Positions 22,274 to 33,232 of a stretch of 64,000 nucleotides of DNA are shown piece after piece (within the stretch, counting starts at the first letter, position 1; the number at the start of each line of letters is the position of its first letter). The notes beneath the pieces were generated by a model, which worked only from the letters and a program-made list of their open reading frames with translations, was not told the DNA's origin and did not search any database. Origin of the DNA: Cyanidioschyzon merolae. Taxonomy: Eukaryota. The DNA is taken from the NCBI GenBank assembly GCA_000091205.1, contig AP006500.2. One strand, written 5' to 3'. Position numbers and translations under genes: made by a program.

Positions 22274-23074
22274 GGAGAAACGCCTCTACAGCGAAGCGAA
22301 GTTGGATGCTCGCACGCAGCGTTCTGGATCCGTTCTAACGAGACCCGTATGATGAACATGGTGCCCGGCGATTTCATGAACTGGTCCGCAACAATCTGGA
22401 TCCGTTCTTGCGATGCTTCTCAACGCCGCGACTAGGTGGGATGCGTCTGAAAGAAGCCTGCGATATTTGGTTACGATGCTCGGATCGGTAGTGTGCCCTG
22501 CAAACGTTTGGTTCTCGTGTCCGAACAAAGTTCATGGTGTGCGCAGCACTTCAGCTTGCCTCGGGCTTGGAAACAATGCCACTACAAGTTCGAAAACATT
22601 AGTGACGCTGCAGATGCCTTCTAGTCGCATGAAAGCATCACTGATGGAAACGCTCCAAAAGTGGCCAGTATCACGTGTGCGCTTCTGCGGCTATCCTGCG
22701 GTAACGCGTGCTGTGCAGAGCCCCGCCGCTCTCGACTACACGCTCGACGACGGTTGCTCGCATAAACCCCAACAATGCCTCATCGAGTTGCGCCAAGGGC
22801 GCTTCTCGAAGTGCACGGTCGTATCCAGATTCGCATTGGTCAGGATACGACCTCATCGAGATATGCCAGGGTTTCGGTTTCGACCGATTCTGCGCAAATC
22901 GACAACTCCGAAACAGTAAACGCTCTTCGGGGGTGCCATTCAGCCTATCGAAATATCGGAATGTTTCAGTTGCATTGCGCTCTACCCAAGTTGCCAACTC
23001 CGGCAGCGTGAACGCTCTTCCAGCTGACGTTTTACCCTATCGAGATATCCCAAGGGATGCCATTGCGATGCGCT

Positions 23075-25519
23075 CTACCCAAACAGATAGCTTCGGAGCA
23101 GTGAACTCGTCTCATTAAAGTCGTGTTCTCCATCGTCGATGATGCTGGTTGCATCGGTGGGGAACACATCCGGAAACGGGGTCGTCTCCGACGCGGCCTG
23201 CTTCGTTCGAACCAAAGCATCTGGCGTCCGTAGCTCGGCCTCGTGAGCGCGCTCCGGTATCGTCCAGTCGCTGAAACTCGTATCCAGCGCGACTTCGCCG
23301 GTGTCGGTGGTAGCCAGCTTGTGCACCTGCTCCGCAACAGATGTCGCCAATCGCAGGACCTCCGTCGCGCGCTTATCCGATTCGCCAACCGTTGCGATGC
23401 AGGCGGCAAACGGGGCAAAGCGCTGGAGTTCAGCACCAGAATATTGCGGGGTGGCCTCATAGAGAACCGCAGCAAACGGCACAAAAAGTGCATCTCTCGA
23501 TGAAGGCACAGTGGCCGGTGTTACCTGCAGGCACACCGGATCCGAAGCGTGTCGCTCTATATATCGCTCCAGGGCGAAGCAGAGGCTGTTCGGCGTGTGG
23601 TATTCGCGGCCCTCGAAAACGAGTGGAATATAATGCCCGCCCTGGAAATACTCCAGTATCCATCTTTGGAGCATGCCGGGTGCAGTCATCGTCCCCAGAG
23701 CTGTATACATGTTCGCTTCACGGTTGGCGGCCAGAAACAACAACCGTTGCCCTGGCGCCGGTTGCGCCGCCTTCAGTAGTCTCTCGACAACCAGCGCCAC
23801 TTGCGCCTGTGATGACGCTCCGTGAAGCACATAATCGTACTCGAGCTCGGCTTCCTCGGTCAGAAGCATGAGTGAGCCGCGATCCAGAGCGATCGCCACG
23901 CGCCCTCGCTGCTTCAGCACATCATCCGCATCCCTTCGATGAAGCGCAGCGAAAAGGTAGCGACCAGTCGACGGTACAAGCGGATCGAAACGAACGCACG
24001 TGGGCACCAGCCCCAGTCGACAGCGCATCTTAAGTCGGAACGCGTGACGGCGTTCCCGTTCCCGCAGCAACAGACTCCAGGTCCGATTGCATTGTTCCCG
24101 GCATCGAACGAGGTCGCGGAGGAGTTCGCTCTCTACCAGGCAGGACAGGTCCGCTTTCGAGGCCTGCGACTGCTGCTGTCTTCGATACAGGGCTTGCCAG
24201 GCGACTGCCTGCAGGCACAGCGCTGCGAGGTGTCGGCGTACGCGCTGCACGGCTGCGGGCTCGTTCGTCATCGGCAGCGGCTGCCCCAGTGGCGAACGCT
24301 CGGAGATGGTGGCAGCGCTACCGGCACCAGCACCACGATGGCGCTGGTGCTGTACACGGCTTGCCAGCATGCTCCAGTAGAGTAGCATGAAGCGCTGGAG
24401 GCGTTTCTGCTTGCGTTGCAGTTCTGCGATAAGCTGATAGGCGCGAGTGCGTTCACGGCGTAGTGAATCCTCCAAACCGGTGACTCGACCTTGTAAAGTC
24501 GCCAAGAGCTGGGAAGACTCCGAGTCCGTCGACGTTCGCAATGTGTGCGCTTCTAGCTCTGCAGTGTTTTCGGTGTGAAGCGCTTTTTTCTGAACGCTTT
24601 GCAGCCGGTACATCAGCAGCCAGATACGTGCGACAAACAAGGCCGTTGTGGTAGCCTCCGTGGTCTCGAGTGGCGTCGATATGCCTTCGGCGTCCGCGAG
24701 TACACTATGCGTTGTCGTCGGTGAGAAGCTGCCCGGCTTCATGGGTGAGTTCAGCACCGATGACCCGCGTTCCACGGCATGGCGAAGACAGAGCGGTAGG
24801 ATCTTCTCAAGGGCGTTGATGGCTCGCACCAGCGCTGCGTGGTGCTGGATCACCAGGTTCGCAATGGTTTGGCGCATGCTTTCATCGTTTTCGACCTCGA
24901 GCTGCTGTGCATAGCGTCGCAGCTGACTCTCTGCGTCTTCGTAGGCAGCTCTGGCTTCGGCGAGCTCGAAGCGTTCCACCGCACCAGGCTCTTCGTCGAC
25001 GTTCTTCTGATGTGCTTTGAATGTTCGTTTGACGTCCTTGTAGTGGAGCTTTTTCTGACGAAATTCGCCGTAGCAGTAGGATTTGGTGAAATTTCGTCGA
25101 GGTTTGATCATGTTGAGCTCTACGGCTCGGCTGAAGGCCGAGAATGCATCGTGGACATCGCGTTCGGTGCGTCCGACAGTTACGAGGACTTCGCGCAGCT
25201 CCCGCGAGAACAGGTACTTGTCTACAGTCTCCTGACTCAGTTCTTCTTCGGAGATGACTTCACCTCGAGCGCGCAGGAGGCGAGCAACATCGATGAGCGA
25301 CTCGGAGCACTGGCGTCCGTGCTCGACCATGGCCACCAGGTCGCTGTTGTAGCGCGCATAGTTCCGTGCTAATAGGTCGTTGGCCCGACGCACGTCCTTC
25401 AACGTTAGCAGTTCCAGACGAAGTTCGTGGTCATCCTCATAGACGTCCTCGAGATGAAGGCGCTCACGTATACGAATGCCGAGTTTTGCGCTCGAGAACA
25501 GCAGCTTACGAGCCGCCAT
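23075..25519 (-). CDS. Hypothetical 814-aa protein with an N-terminal coiled-coil (possibly BAR-like) region and an acidic C-terminus.
   Basis: Long uninterrupted ORF with an ATG start and no recognised catalytic motif. The N-terminal ~250 aa are helical and charged (KSYCYGEFRQKKLHYKDVKRTFKAHQKNVDEE). It is transcribed divergently from the 27722 gene. Confidence 0.4.
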   Translation of the reverse strand: MAARKLLFSSAKLGIRIRERLHLEDVYEDDHELRLELLTLKDVRRANDLLARNYARYNSDLVAMVEHGRQCSESLIDVARLLRARGEVISEEELSQETVDKYLFSRELREVLVTVGRTERDVHDAFSAFSRAVELNMIKPRRNFTKSYCYGEFRQKKLHYKDVKRTFKAHQKNVDEEPGAVERFELAEARAAYEDAESQLRRYAQQLEVENDESMRQTIANLVIQHHAALVRAINALEKILPLCLRHAVERGSSVLNSPMKPGSFSPTTTHSVLADAEGISTPLETTEATTTALFVARIWLLMYRLQSVQKKALHTENTAELEAHTLRTSTDSESSQLLATLQGRVTGLEDSLRRERTRAYQLIAELQRKQKRLQRFMLLYWSMLASRVQHQRHRGAGAGSAATISERSPLGQPLPMTNEPAAVQRVRRHLAALCLQAVAWQALYRRQQQSQASKADLSCLVESELLRDLVRCREQCNRTWSLLLRERERRHAFRLKMRCRLGLVPTCVRFDPLVPSTGRYLFAALHRRDADDVLKQRGRVAIALDRGSLMLLTEEAELEYDYVLHGASSQAQVALVVERLLKAAQPAPGQRLLFLAANREANMYTALGTMTAPGMLQRWILEYFQGGHYIPLVFEGREYHTPNSLCFALERYIERHASDPVCLQVTPATVPSSRDALFVPFAAVLYEATPQYSGAELQRFAPFAACIATVGESDKRATEVLRLATSVAEQVHKLATTDTGEVALDTSFSDWTIPERAHEAELRTPDALVRTKQAASETTPFPDVFPTDATSIIDDGEHDFNETSSLLRSYLFG

Positions 25520-27353
25520 TTCAACGGGCGTATACAGGTGCAGCGCGTCTCTGAGAGGACGCTGAACGTATTTAGAAGCGATCTACGTAAACAAGCGGCT
25601 AGGATACAGCTGATTGTACCAGAACTGGGAAGTGCAGTCCCTGAAGACGATGGTTGAAGCCTCCGGTGCGGCAGTAAAAACTGTTGGTGTCGTTCTCTTC
25701 AGGTCGCTTGAGAGAGGGCGCCTTCTTGAGCCCCACCTAGTAACCTGCCACAGGTACCCGAAGCAGGCTCTACAGCTTGCAAAAGGAAGGACTTGCCCAA
25801 TATCCAAAGTAAACGGCGCCTATCCTGAGAAGCGCTTCGGTCTCTGCGTCGTTTGCGGCTTGGAAATCACGTGGAAGGGTAAAGTATAACGGTGCCGGGC
25901 GAGGCGAGGCCAGGCCAGGTCAGGCCAAGCCATTGTTTGCGTTATCGATGCTTCGCGCTATTGTGCCGGTGCGGAAAACAGGTGACGTGTACTGCAACCT
26001 GGTCAGCATTGGGTGCCTTCATGCCGCGTAACGTTCCCGGCTAGGCTGAGCCTTTCATGAACTGGGAAAAAGTAGCGATTGACTCGCTCGGAGCCGCTGC
26101 CGCTGGCAAGGCCTCCACAGCGGAGTTCTCTGGGAGTTCACCGGACTCGCTGTGTCTGCCGTCGACAACTCGAGACGCTTTGGGGTTGATCAGCCTGACG
26201 TGCGCCTATATTTATGAAGCGTACGCCCCAAGCGAATAGGTGAAGCAACTTGACACGGAGCAGCGGTATGTGCGGTCAACTGCAGCCGGTCGCGTGGGGC
26301 TTTGGTTGGGCGCTCGTTCGCTTAGCGCGTTTCTGCTGGATATTTCGAGAGATCCGCTGCAACCGTTACGTGAAAAGTAATCCAAAGAAATTGAGTCCGA
26401 GTTCTTCGAAGGCAGGAAGCGTCGGTCGGACGTGACCGGTGGCCTCGGTACTCGCCGTCCCATGTGCAAGTGTACGCTCTAGTTTCCTTTCATGAGGGCA
26501 GCATGCGATCCCGACGGTGACCTATAACGCCGTGAAGATACCGTCTGTGTGTGCTGGACCAGATTCCATGCTTCGAGAAAACACTGACTCAGGACCTGCT
26601 GCCTGCCGTGCAGTTACGATAGTCTGACCTGGAGCTTGCCCCGGTTTTGTTATCATGAAGAGAGGTACGCTCTGAAAGTTCCCAACCGCAGCTTCGTGAG
26701 TAGAGGCAGCAACCGGCGACACAGTCTATTGTATCAAAGCACCACAATAGGATCGCGAGCTAAGTTTCTAGGGTAGCCCTTTCGCAGAAACTTTTGTGCA
26801 CGATCTTATGTGCGCCTGTTTGTACGTCAAGCGAGGCATTCGCGCGATGCCCAGTGCCAGCACTGGCGTGTCGCGAAGACACTAGCGCAACGACAAATCA
26901 CGCCGTTGACTCGTTGATCGAGCACGGTTGCTGTGGACAGAGCGCTGATGTGATAATGAAAAGCTCGGAGCGCATACTGCTTCGCGCCCGCTGGAATAGC
27001 AACGAGCGGTGCTTTTGCACTCCAGTCGGAAACCGGGAATCGAAAAAAAGCCTCTTCCCAGCGGTCTCTCCAACGTACAGAGCGCTCCGCAAAGACGCTT
27101 TCGGGGATCCCCGGCCGCCACATAGACAGGAAGGCGCGCTCGCTTCAATGCATCTCATTCTCTGTGATGCGGAATGCGTGCATACAAGTATCTATCGAGC
27201 CGTCGAGGCAAAAGAAAGGGCATGACATGTACAGCGTAACAGATTCATTCTAATAGACAGTAGATCAATATAACCAGCGTTCTGAGATCAGCAGCTTGCC
27301 CCCTGTGACTTTGCACCTCCTATCGAAGCATAAACCGCTCTGTCGGTGACGCG

Positions 27354-27400
27354 ATGTCGCTGGTTCGATCACGATGTCGCTGGTTCGATCACGATGTCGC
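27354..27400. repeat. 20-bp direct tandem repeat, 2.35 copies (atgtcgctggttcgatcacg).
   Basis: Seen directly in the sequence at 27354-27373, 27374-27393 and a partial copy at 27394-27400, about 320 bp upstream of the 27722 ATG. Confidence 0.8.
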
Positions 27401-27721
27401 AACATGCTCCTGGAACAACGCGCAGACGTTCATGGAGATGCTCCATGGAAAGCGGCGGATCCGCGCACGCATCCATCTCTCAGAGAAATGGTACCCAACT
27501 GTACATTTATGTACTTAATAAGAATAATAAGACATTGATGCGGATCCTCGTGCATCGGCATGGATCCTCGCTTGCCGCGAACGTTGATCGCAATGCAACT
27601 CGGATCGTCATCTGGTGCCGCGGCATCGATCGCGCACACGCGCTGCCTTTGATGCTCATACGCAAGCAGGATTCGCACCGTGATAGCGTTGCATTGCGTG
27701 CGAGCATAGGAAACGTTTTCC

Positions 27722-29440
27722 ATGCATATGAGCCAAAGTTTATTGTCCACGATAACTGACCTGGCGTTGAACAAAACAGATACTGGGAAAAAAGGTCAAC
27801 GTGCAACAACGAGCTCGCGGATAAGCGGTGTCGTGCACGACGACCGACGACACGAGTGGGTTGTTCCGCAGCTCCGACGCTACGCTTCTGCCACGCCACA
27901 GCGACTGCGATATATAGAACACGACAAGTCTGAACCCGATATAGGGTTTATTTTGTCACTGAACGCACGCGAGTCGGCGTTCTATTCCGGTACGAGAACA
28001 CGCAAGCGTTGCAGCGTTCTGGTTCGACGACTTCAATTCACTTTGGCGTGTGCCTCGGATGGACGCTCCGATAAGCCACGTCGGTATTTCCGTTCGAAGA
28101 AAGTGTCTCCAGTGAATCCCGCTGCAATACAGCCGCAGACGCCGGGACATGAAACTGGGTCGTCGCGAAAGAACGCTTTTGCGGCACGATCGCAGCCCCG
28201 TGATGCACCGCAAGGTGTCTTCGAGACAATTCGTCGATGGCTTCAGAAGCACGAACTAGAATCCAGCAGTCTCTGCATCCGGCTTCTTGATGACTATCGG
28301 CACGTTGACGAGTTGCTTCAGTGCTTCTGGAATGCCGTCGAGGATGTGGCCGGGGGCTCCTCTGCCGACGTCCTGCTGGCGCTGCCGCCGCTCCCGTCAT
28401 CCCTTGCCAGTGCCTTGATCGGTCACCTTCGAGAGTGCGCTGACGTCGGTGATGTCTTTGGCTCGCACGTGTTTCTCAACGCGTACGGACCCGATGAGGG
28501 AGCACCTCGGTTCTGTTTGCGGTTACGAAAAGGCTCGTCAGCTGCTGGTGGTGTCGGCGCTACGTCCCAGGATGATCCTTTTTGGTCCGATGACGAGGAC
28601 GACTTTTTGGACCCGCGTTTCGCCGAACTTTTGCGCGCATCACGCGAAGAAGATGCGGGAGAAACGTCACCCGTAGCCGTGGGGCAAGATGCTGCCCCGA
28701 CCGGCATCACGACCAATGACGACCTCGATACCAGACAGAAGCTGCAGTCCAGCGAGCTGTCCCTACCGTCGGATGAAGTGATTCTAGCAGAGAGCCGCGC
28801 TTGGGTCCAGCATATGATCGTCGATGCTGCTGTATGTCCTTTCATGATGTCCGCCGTGCGTGGTGGCTTACCAGCGGGCCAGGTACGCTATGCGGTATCG
28901 CACGCGACAACACCTGAGCGAATCTATCGTGAGTTTTGGAACGAAGTCGCCCTGCTTCGACGGACCCCTTCGAAGGACGTCTCCACCACGTTGCTGGTAC
29001 TGCCAGAACTGGTACAGGGCATAGAAGGCTTTGATGCCATTACCACGCCGCTGAGTGCAGCGCTTGAAGCGCTCCAACTCGACGCCTTCATTCAACTGGT
29101 GTTCTTTCATCCAAAGTATGCATTTCGCGACGGTCGGGATCGCATCAATACGCAAGGTTGCACGGGCGGACACGCCGCGAACTACGTGCGCCGCTCACCC
29201 TACCCCATGATCAATATTCTGCGAACAGAGCAAGTACAGCGTGGGCAGCGGGGCATCCCAACGGAACTCGTTTATCGACGGAATGAGTCATTGATGCGCA
29301 CCATTGGAGCCGAACGACTTGAACAAATGCTTCATCGACGATCTTGGGAGGAGCTTCTCCAACTCGTCCAGGACAATCGTCCCTATGCGGATCTCGAGGA
29401 AGCAGTCAAGCGTGTACGCGATCAGTTTGCGAGTTCCTGA
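27722..29440 (+). CDS. Hypothetical 572-aa protein. The C-terminal ~180 aa resemble the DUF1415 family.
   Basis: ATG start. The C-terminal region contains VCPFMMSAV, FFHPKYAFRDGRDRINTQG and NYVRRSPYPMINILRTEQ. The N-terminal half is low-complexity and basic. The DUF1415 resemblance is from memory. Confidence 0.4.
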   Translation: MHMSQSLLSTITDLALNKTDTGKKGQRATTSSRISGVVHDDRRHEWVVPQLRRYASATPQRLRYIEHDKSEPDIGFILSLNARESAFYSGTRTRKRCSVLVRRLQFTLACASDGRSDKPRRYFRSKKVSPVNPAAIQPQTPGHETGSSRKNAFAARSQPRDAPQGVFETIRRWLQKHELESSSLCIRLLDDYRHVDELLQCFWNAVEDVAGGSSADVLLALPPLPSSLASALIGHLRECADVGDVFGSHVFLNAYGPDEGAPRFCLRLRKGSSAAGGVGATSQDDPFWSDDEDDFLDPRFAELLRASREEDAGETSPVAVGQDAAPTGITTNDDLDTRQKLQSSELSLPSDEVILAESRAWVQHMIVDAAVCPFMMSAVRGGLPAGQVRYAVSHATTPERIYREFWNEVALLRRTPSKDVSTTLLVLPELVQGIEGFDAITTPLSAALEALQLDAFIQLVFFHPKYAFRDGRDRINTQGCTGGHAANYVRRSPYPMINILRTEQVQRGQRGIPTELVYRRNESLMRTIGAERLEQMLHRRSWEELLQLVQDNRPYADLEEAVKRVRDQFASS

Positions 29441-29509
29441 ATAGCGTCCTAACTCGCGCTGTAGTTGCGGCAATGAGACATGGCACAAAGACACGTTTCC
29501 GCAGATGCG

Positions 29510-29624
29510 GTGCCTCGTCTGCGGATACGTAAGGAGGCAATGCTCGGGCATTGGCGATTGTCCAAGGCACCATCGGGCGTTTCCGCGGTTACAGTGCCTC
29601 GTCTGCGGATACGTAAGGAGGCAA
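29510..29624. repeat. Two copies of a 31-bp direct repeat (gtgcctcgtctgcggatacgtaaggaggcaa) spaced 84 bp apart, in the 250-bp convergent 3' intergenic region.
   Basis: Copies at 29510-29540 and 29594-29624. They lie between the stop of the 27722 gene (29440) and the stop of the minus-strand TypA gene (29691). Confidence 0.8.
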
Positions 29625-29690
29625 CGCGCTGTTATCGGCTGGTGAGCGGGGAATGCCCCGCCAGGTATCAGAGGCAGCTCTGATATCCGC

Positions 29691-31898
29691 CTAGTTTTTC
29701 GCTCCGACGATGCTCCTGCGTTTGCTTAGCACCTTAAACATGCGTATGCTTTGTGGTGTGACTTCGACAAACTCGTTTTCACCGCTGATGTATTCAAGCG
29801 CATCGTCTAGCGTGAGCGTGCGAATCCCCTGCAACGTTTTCACGACCTCTTTGGTTGCGCTGCGATGATTCGTCAGCTGTTTCACCCGACAGACGTTCAC
29901 TCGCAAATCCTCCGGATACTTATTCTCGCCAACAATTTGGTTTTCATAGACTTCAGCACCTGGCGCGACAAACAACTGGCCGCGTTCTTGCGCAGCCTCG
30001 ACGCCATAGGTGGTCACTCGACCAGTCTCGTGGGCGAGCAGTGAGCCAACTTCCCGCAGTCGAACCTGACCCACGTAGGGCCGGTACGCTGCAAACGATG
30101 TATGAATGATTGCGGTGCCCCGAGTCAGGGTCAGGAGAGCATTGTTCAGACCAAATAATCCGCGCGTTGGTACGATATACTCCACAATACTGTACTGCTC
30201 ATTGTCCTGACTGTGCGTGAGGTTCAACATTTCTCCCCGTCGCTTGGCCAGCGCGTCCACCACCGCGCCCAGATACTCCTCGGGAATTTGAACCTCGACG
30301 TGATCAAACGGTTCAAGAGGCGTATTCGTTTCCGGGTCCATTTTAAAGATGACCTCAGGAGCACCCACAATCATTTCGAATCCTTCTCGTCTCATGGATT
30401 CGATGAGGATTGTCAAATGCAGTGCTCCTCGGCCGCAGATGGTAAACGAGTCCGCCTTTTCGCCATCTTGAATCCGTAAGGCTACATTGGTACGCGTCTC
30501 GCGTTCTAGACGCTCGCGAAGTTGCCGGCTGGTGAGGAATCGTCCCTCGCGCCCCGCAAAGGGCGTCGTATTGATCGCCAAGGACATGCGCACTGTGGGC
30601 TCCTCAATCTGCACGGGTGGCAGCAGCCGCGGATCGGCAGCATCACAGATCGTTTCGCCGATGCGGATGTCGTCTACACCAGCAACCATGACAATGTCGC
30701 CAGCGTGCGCGCTCTCCGCGCTCACTCGACCGAGATTCTCGAAAAGGAACACCTCATCCACGCGGGCGGTCCGAAGTTCCGCCTCGTCCTTTGCAGGCGT
30801 GCCAACGCGGACAGTTGCACCTTTGCGCAGTGTTCCCGCGTGAATGCGCCCGATGCCAAGAATACCTTTGTAATCGTCGCTGCTAATGTTGGAGACAAGT
30901 AACTGCAGGGGCGCATCTAGTGCGACTCTCGGGCGCGGCAGTCTAAGGATCTCTTCGAACAGGGGTCCCATGTCGTTCGCCAGCTGGTCCGGTGCATACC
31001 CAGCAACGCGCTTCAGCGCTGACGCATACACCACCGGAAAGTCGGCCTGCTCATCCGACGCACCCAGCTCCACAAACAAATCAAAGGTTTTGTTCACGAC
31101 GAAAACAGGTCGGGCAGCGGGGCGATCGATCTTGTTCACAACGACAAGAACGCGTTGGCCCAGGCGCAACGCCTCCCTTAGAACATAACGGGTCTGCGGG
31201 CGTGGACCCTCGACGGAATCGACCACGAGGAGCATCGCATCCGCCATGGAGAGGACTCGCTGCACCTCACCGCCAAAGTCTGCGTGACCCGGCGTATCGA
31301 TCACGTTGATGCGGACTCCACGGTACACGACTGCAGTATTCTTGGACAAGATGGTGATGCCTCGCTCGCGTTCTAGCTCGTTACTATCCATGACAAGACT
31401 AGAAACAGTCTGGTTTTCGCGGAAGACTTTTGCGTGGTGCAGAATTGCATCGACCAGCGTCGTTTTCCCGTGATCAACGTGGGCACAAATGGCAATGTTA
31501 ATAACGTCGTTGCGGGTTTTCAGTGCAGCTGACGCACGTGCAATAGCCTCTGGTATCGCAGAGGTGGTGCGCTCCGCCTGCGCTCGCAAGGCGCGTACCT
31601 GAAGCGTGTGTCGTGCGCTCCGCGGCAGCTGCCGAAAGCTCACTGGACGCCAACCGGGCCGACCAAACGACGTTGAACGATGCCAGAAAGAAGAATTTGG
31701 GCAGACTATAGTCTTTGGCAAAGAAAGATGACCGCTTGGCACAAAGCCGCTCAGTTTATGGGACATGCTTTTTGTTCTCAGGGCGCTGTTAGGAAACACC
31801 GACCGCGTATCCGGCGACCGCTTGTTCCATGCGATTGCCACGGGTGACGGCGGTTCACCGAGGGCCAGCCAGCGACGCAAACTCTGAATTATGGACAT
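29691..31898 (-). CDS. TYPA: TypA/BipA translational GTPase (organelle-type) with a ~125-aa N-terminal extension.
   Basis: G-domain AICAHVDHGKTTLVDAIL, DTPGHADFGGEV and NKIDR, then EF-G-like domains. ATG at 31896-31898. A second in-frame ATG (MSHKLSG, codon 45) is an alternative start. The extension is Ser/Arg/Pro-rich, like a transit peptide. Confidence 0.9.
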   Translation of the reverse strand: MSIIQSLRRWLALGEPPSPVAIAWNKRSPDTRSVFPNSALRTKSMSHKLSGFVPSGHLSLPKTIVCPNSSFWHRSTSFGRPGWRPVSFRQLPRSARHTLQVRALRAQAERTTSAIPEAIARASAALKTRNDVINIAICAHVDHGKTTLVDAILHHAKVFRENQTVSSLVMDSNELERERGITILSKNTAVVYRGVRINVIDTPGHADFGGEVQRVLSMADAMLLVVDSVEGPRPQTRYVLREALRLGQRVLVVVNKIDRPAARPVFVVNKTFDLFVELGASDEQADFPVVYASALKRVAGYAPDQLANDMGPLFEEILRLPRPRVALDAPLQLLVSNISSDDYKGILGIGRIHAGTLRKGATVRVGTPAKDEAELRTARVDEVFLFENLGRVSAESAHAGDIVMVAGVDDIRIGETICDAADPRLLPPVQIEEPTVRMSLAINTTPFAGREGRFLTSRQLRERLERETRTNVALRIQDGEKADSFTICGRGALHLTILIESMRREGFEMIVGAPEVIFKMDPETNTPLEPFDHVEVQIPEEYLGAVVDALAKRRGEMLNLTHSQDNEQYSIVEYIVPTRGLFGLNNALLTLTRGTAIIHTSFAAYRPYVGQVRLREVGSLLAHETGRVTTYGVEAAQERGQLFVAPGAEVYENQIVGENKYPEDLRVNVCRVKQLTNHRSATKEVVKTLQGIRTLTLDDALEYISGENEFVEVTPQSIRMFKVLSKRRSIVGAKN

Positions 31899-32659
31899 AC
31901 TTGTTCAAAATATGATACACTTCTCGGGTGCTGCGCTCTCGTGTAAGACGCGTCGCAGCCAGCCCGTCCTCAATCGTCGTATACTACTACCAGACACAAA
32001 ACTTACCGATCTTGATGTAGAGATATTGGATCGAATTGTGTTCCTATGAATGCCCAGAAACTACCCGTGACAAGCGAAGAGCACTCTGTTCCCCGAGAAA
32101 CGCATGAAGAGGTTTCGCACGGCCCCAGACTAGTCCTTGCGTCGGGCGTAGAGGTGGGATCGATCTCGCGATGCTTTGGTACACTCTCTGGTGTATGCTT
32201 GCTCGGCGGCAGCCGCGGTCACCGTGCGGGGGCAGCACGGCCTCGGGCACCTCGCGGACGTGCGCCGGAGGGCGCGGCGGGTTCCCTGTGTGGCCCCGCG
32301 CGCTGCATGCGCCCGCATCGTTCCACGACCTTCCATCACCGGCCAGCGCTGTATAGCCGCATCCGTGCAGCATCTGTACGGTATCCGGGTGTGCATCTGT
32401 TGAGAGCATCTGGGAAAGCATCCACGTGGCAGCGCAGCTGTCGACGCGCGTGCCTGCCCCTCCGCCGGAGCGTTCTCGAAGCTGGGCGATCACCAGAGCG
32501 AGCGCGCATCGCGCACGCCACAATTCGATGACTCGAGATGCGCTCTCAGCGCTACTTGTCGCGCATAGAATGTTTGTGCCTCTAGCTCGATATACAGCAA
32601 GTGCAAGACAGGAGCGGGCTTTTGCGTGTTCCAAGGCTCAACATTCGAGACGCGTATCC

Positions 32660-33232
32660 ATGTCGACTGGCAAGACTGTGCTTTATAGTGCGCCAAACTC
32701 GCGCGGCGCTATGGTCGAGTGGTATATTCGATCGATCAAGGCGCCAGTAGAAGTTGTAAACCTGGATATGGGCAAGGGAGAACACAAGTCACCAGAATTT
32801 CTTCGAGTGAACCCGTTTGGTAAGGTTCCAGCGTTGGAGGAGACCGGCCCAGAGCCCTGGTCATTGAACGAGTCGGGAGCGATTCTCTACTACCTCGCCG
32901 AGAAGTATGACCGGAACTTCCCGAAGGACGCGCATCAAAGAGCTCAAATACTGCAGTGGATTCTGTTTGCGAATGCTACACTGGCGCAGACTGCTTTTAT
33001 GGAATCTCTCCGAGAGAAGCAGTTGCCTGGACTGCTTGCAGCTCTGGATCAGCACTTCAGCAAGCATACCTTTGCTGTAGGGGAGACGTTCACCGTTGCG
33101 GATGTAGCGTTGGGCTCCTATCTCGGCTATATTCCGATGTTTTTCCCTGGGAAAGTCGATATGACGCCGTACTCACACCTGAATGCGTACATGGAGCGGG
33201 TAAAAGAACGTCAGGCGGCCGCGAGTGCGTGA
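32660..33232 (+). CDS. Glutathione S-transferase (190 aa).
   Basis: The track ORF starts at a GTG at 32426. The first ATG is 32660 (MSTGKTVLYSAPNSRGAMVEWYI...). GST N-terminal thioredoxin-fold motifs are LRVNPFGKVPALEE and ESGAILYYLAEKY, followed by a helical C-terminal domain. Confidence 0.75.
   Translation: MSTGKTVLYSAPNSRGAMVEWYIRSIKAPVEVVNLDMGKGEHKSPEFLRVNPFGKVPALEETGPEPWSLNESGAILYYLAEKYDRNFPKDAHQRAQILQWILFANATLAQTAFMESLREKQLPGLLAALDQHFSKHTFAVGETFTVADVALGSYLGYIPMFFPGKVDMTPYSHLNAYMERVKERQAAASA

Noticed and set aside
27354-27400. The tRNA T-arm-like string ggttcgatca inside the 20-bp repeat. A second near match sits at 19600-19615.
   Set aside because: No acceptor, D or anticodon-arm structure can be folded around either. 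They are chance matches.
29530-29620. Shine-Dalgarno-like taaggagg in both copies of the 31-bp repeat.
   Set aside because: The locus is eukaryotic nuclear DNA and nothing else in the window is prokaryotic, so it is a coincidental sequence.
32426-32659. 5' extension of the GST ORF, plus other track ORFs that begin at GTG, TTG or CTG (11072, 20765, 41799, 51290, 56760, 62652).
   Set aside because: The track uses alternative start codons. Eukaryotic nuclear genes start at ATG, so the starts were moved to the first in-frame ATG. For 51290 an upstream exon was proposed instead.
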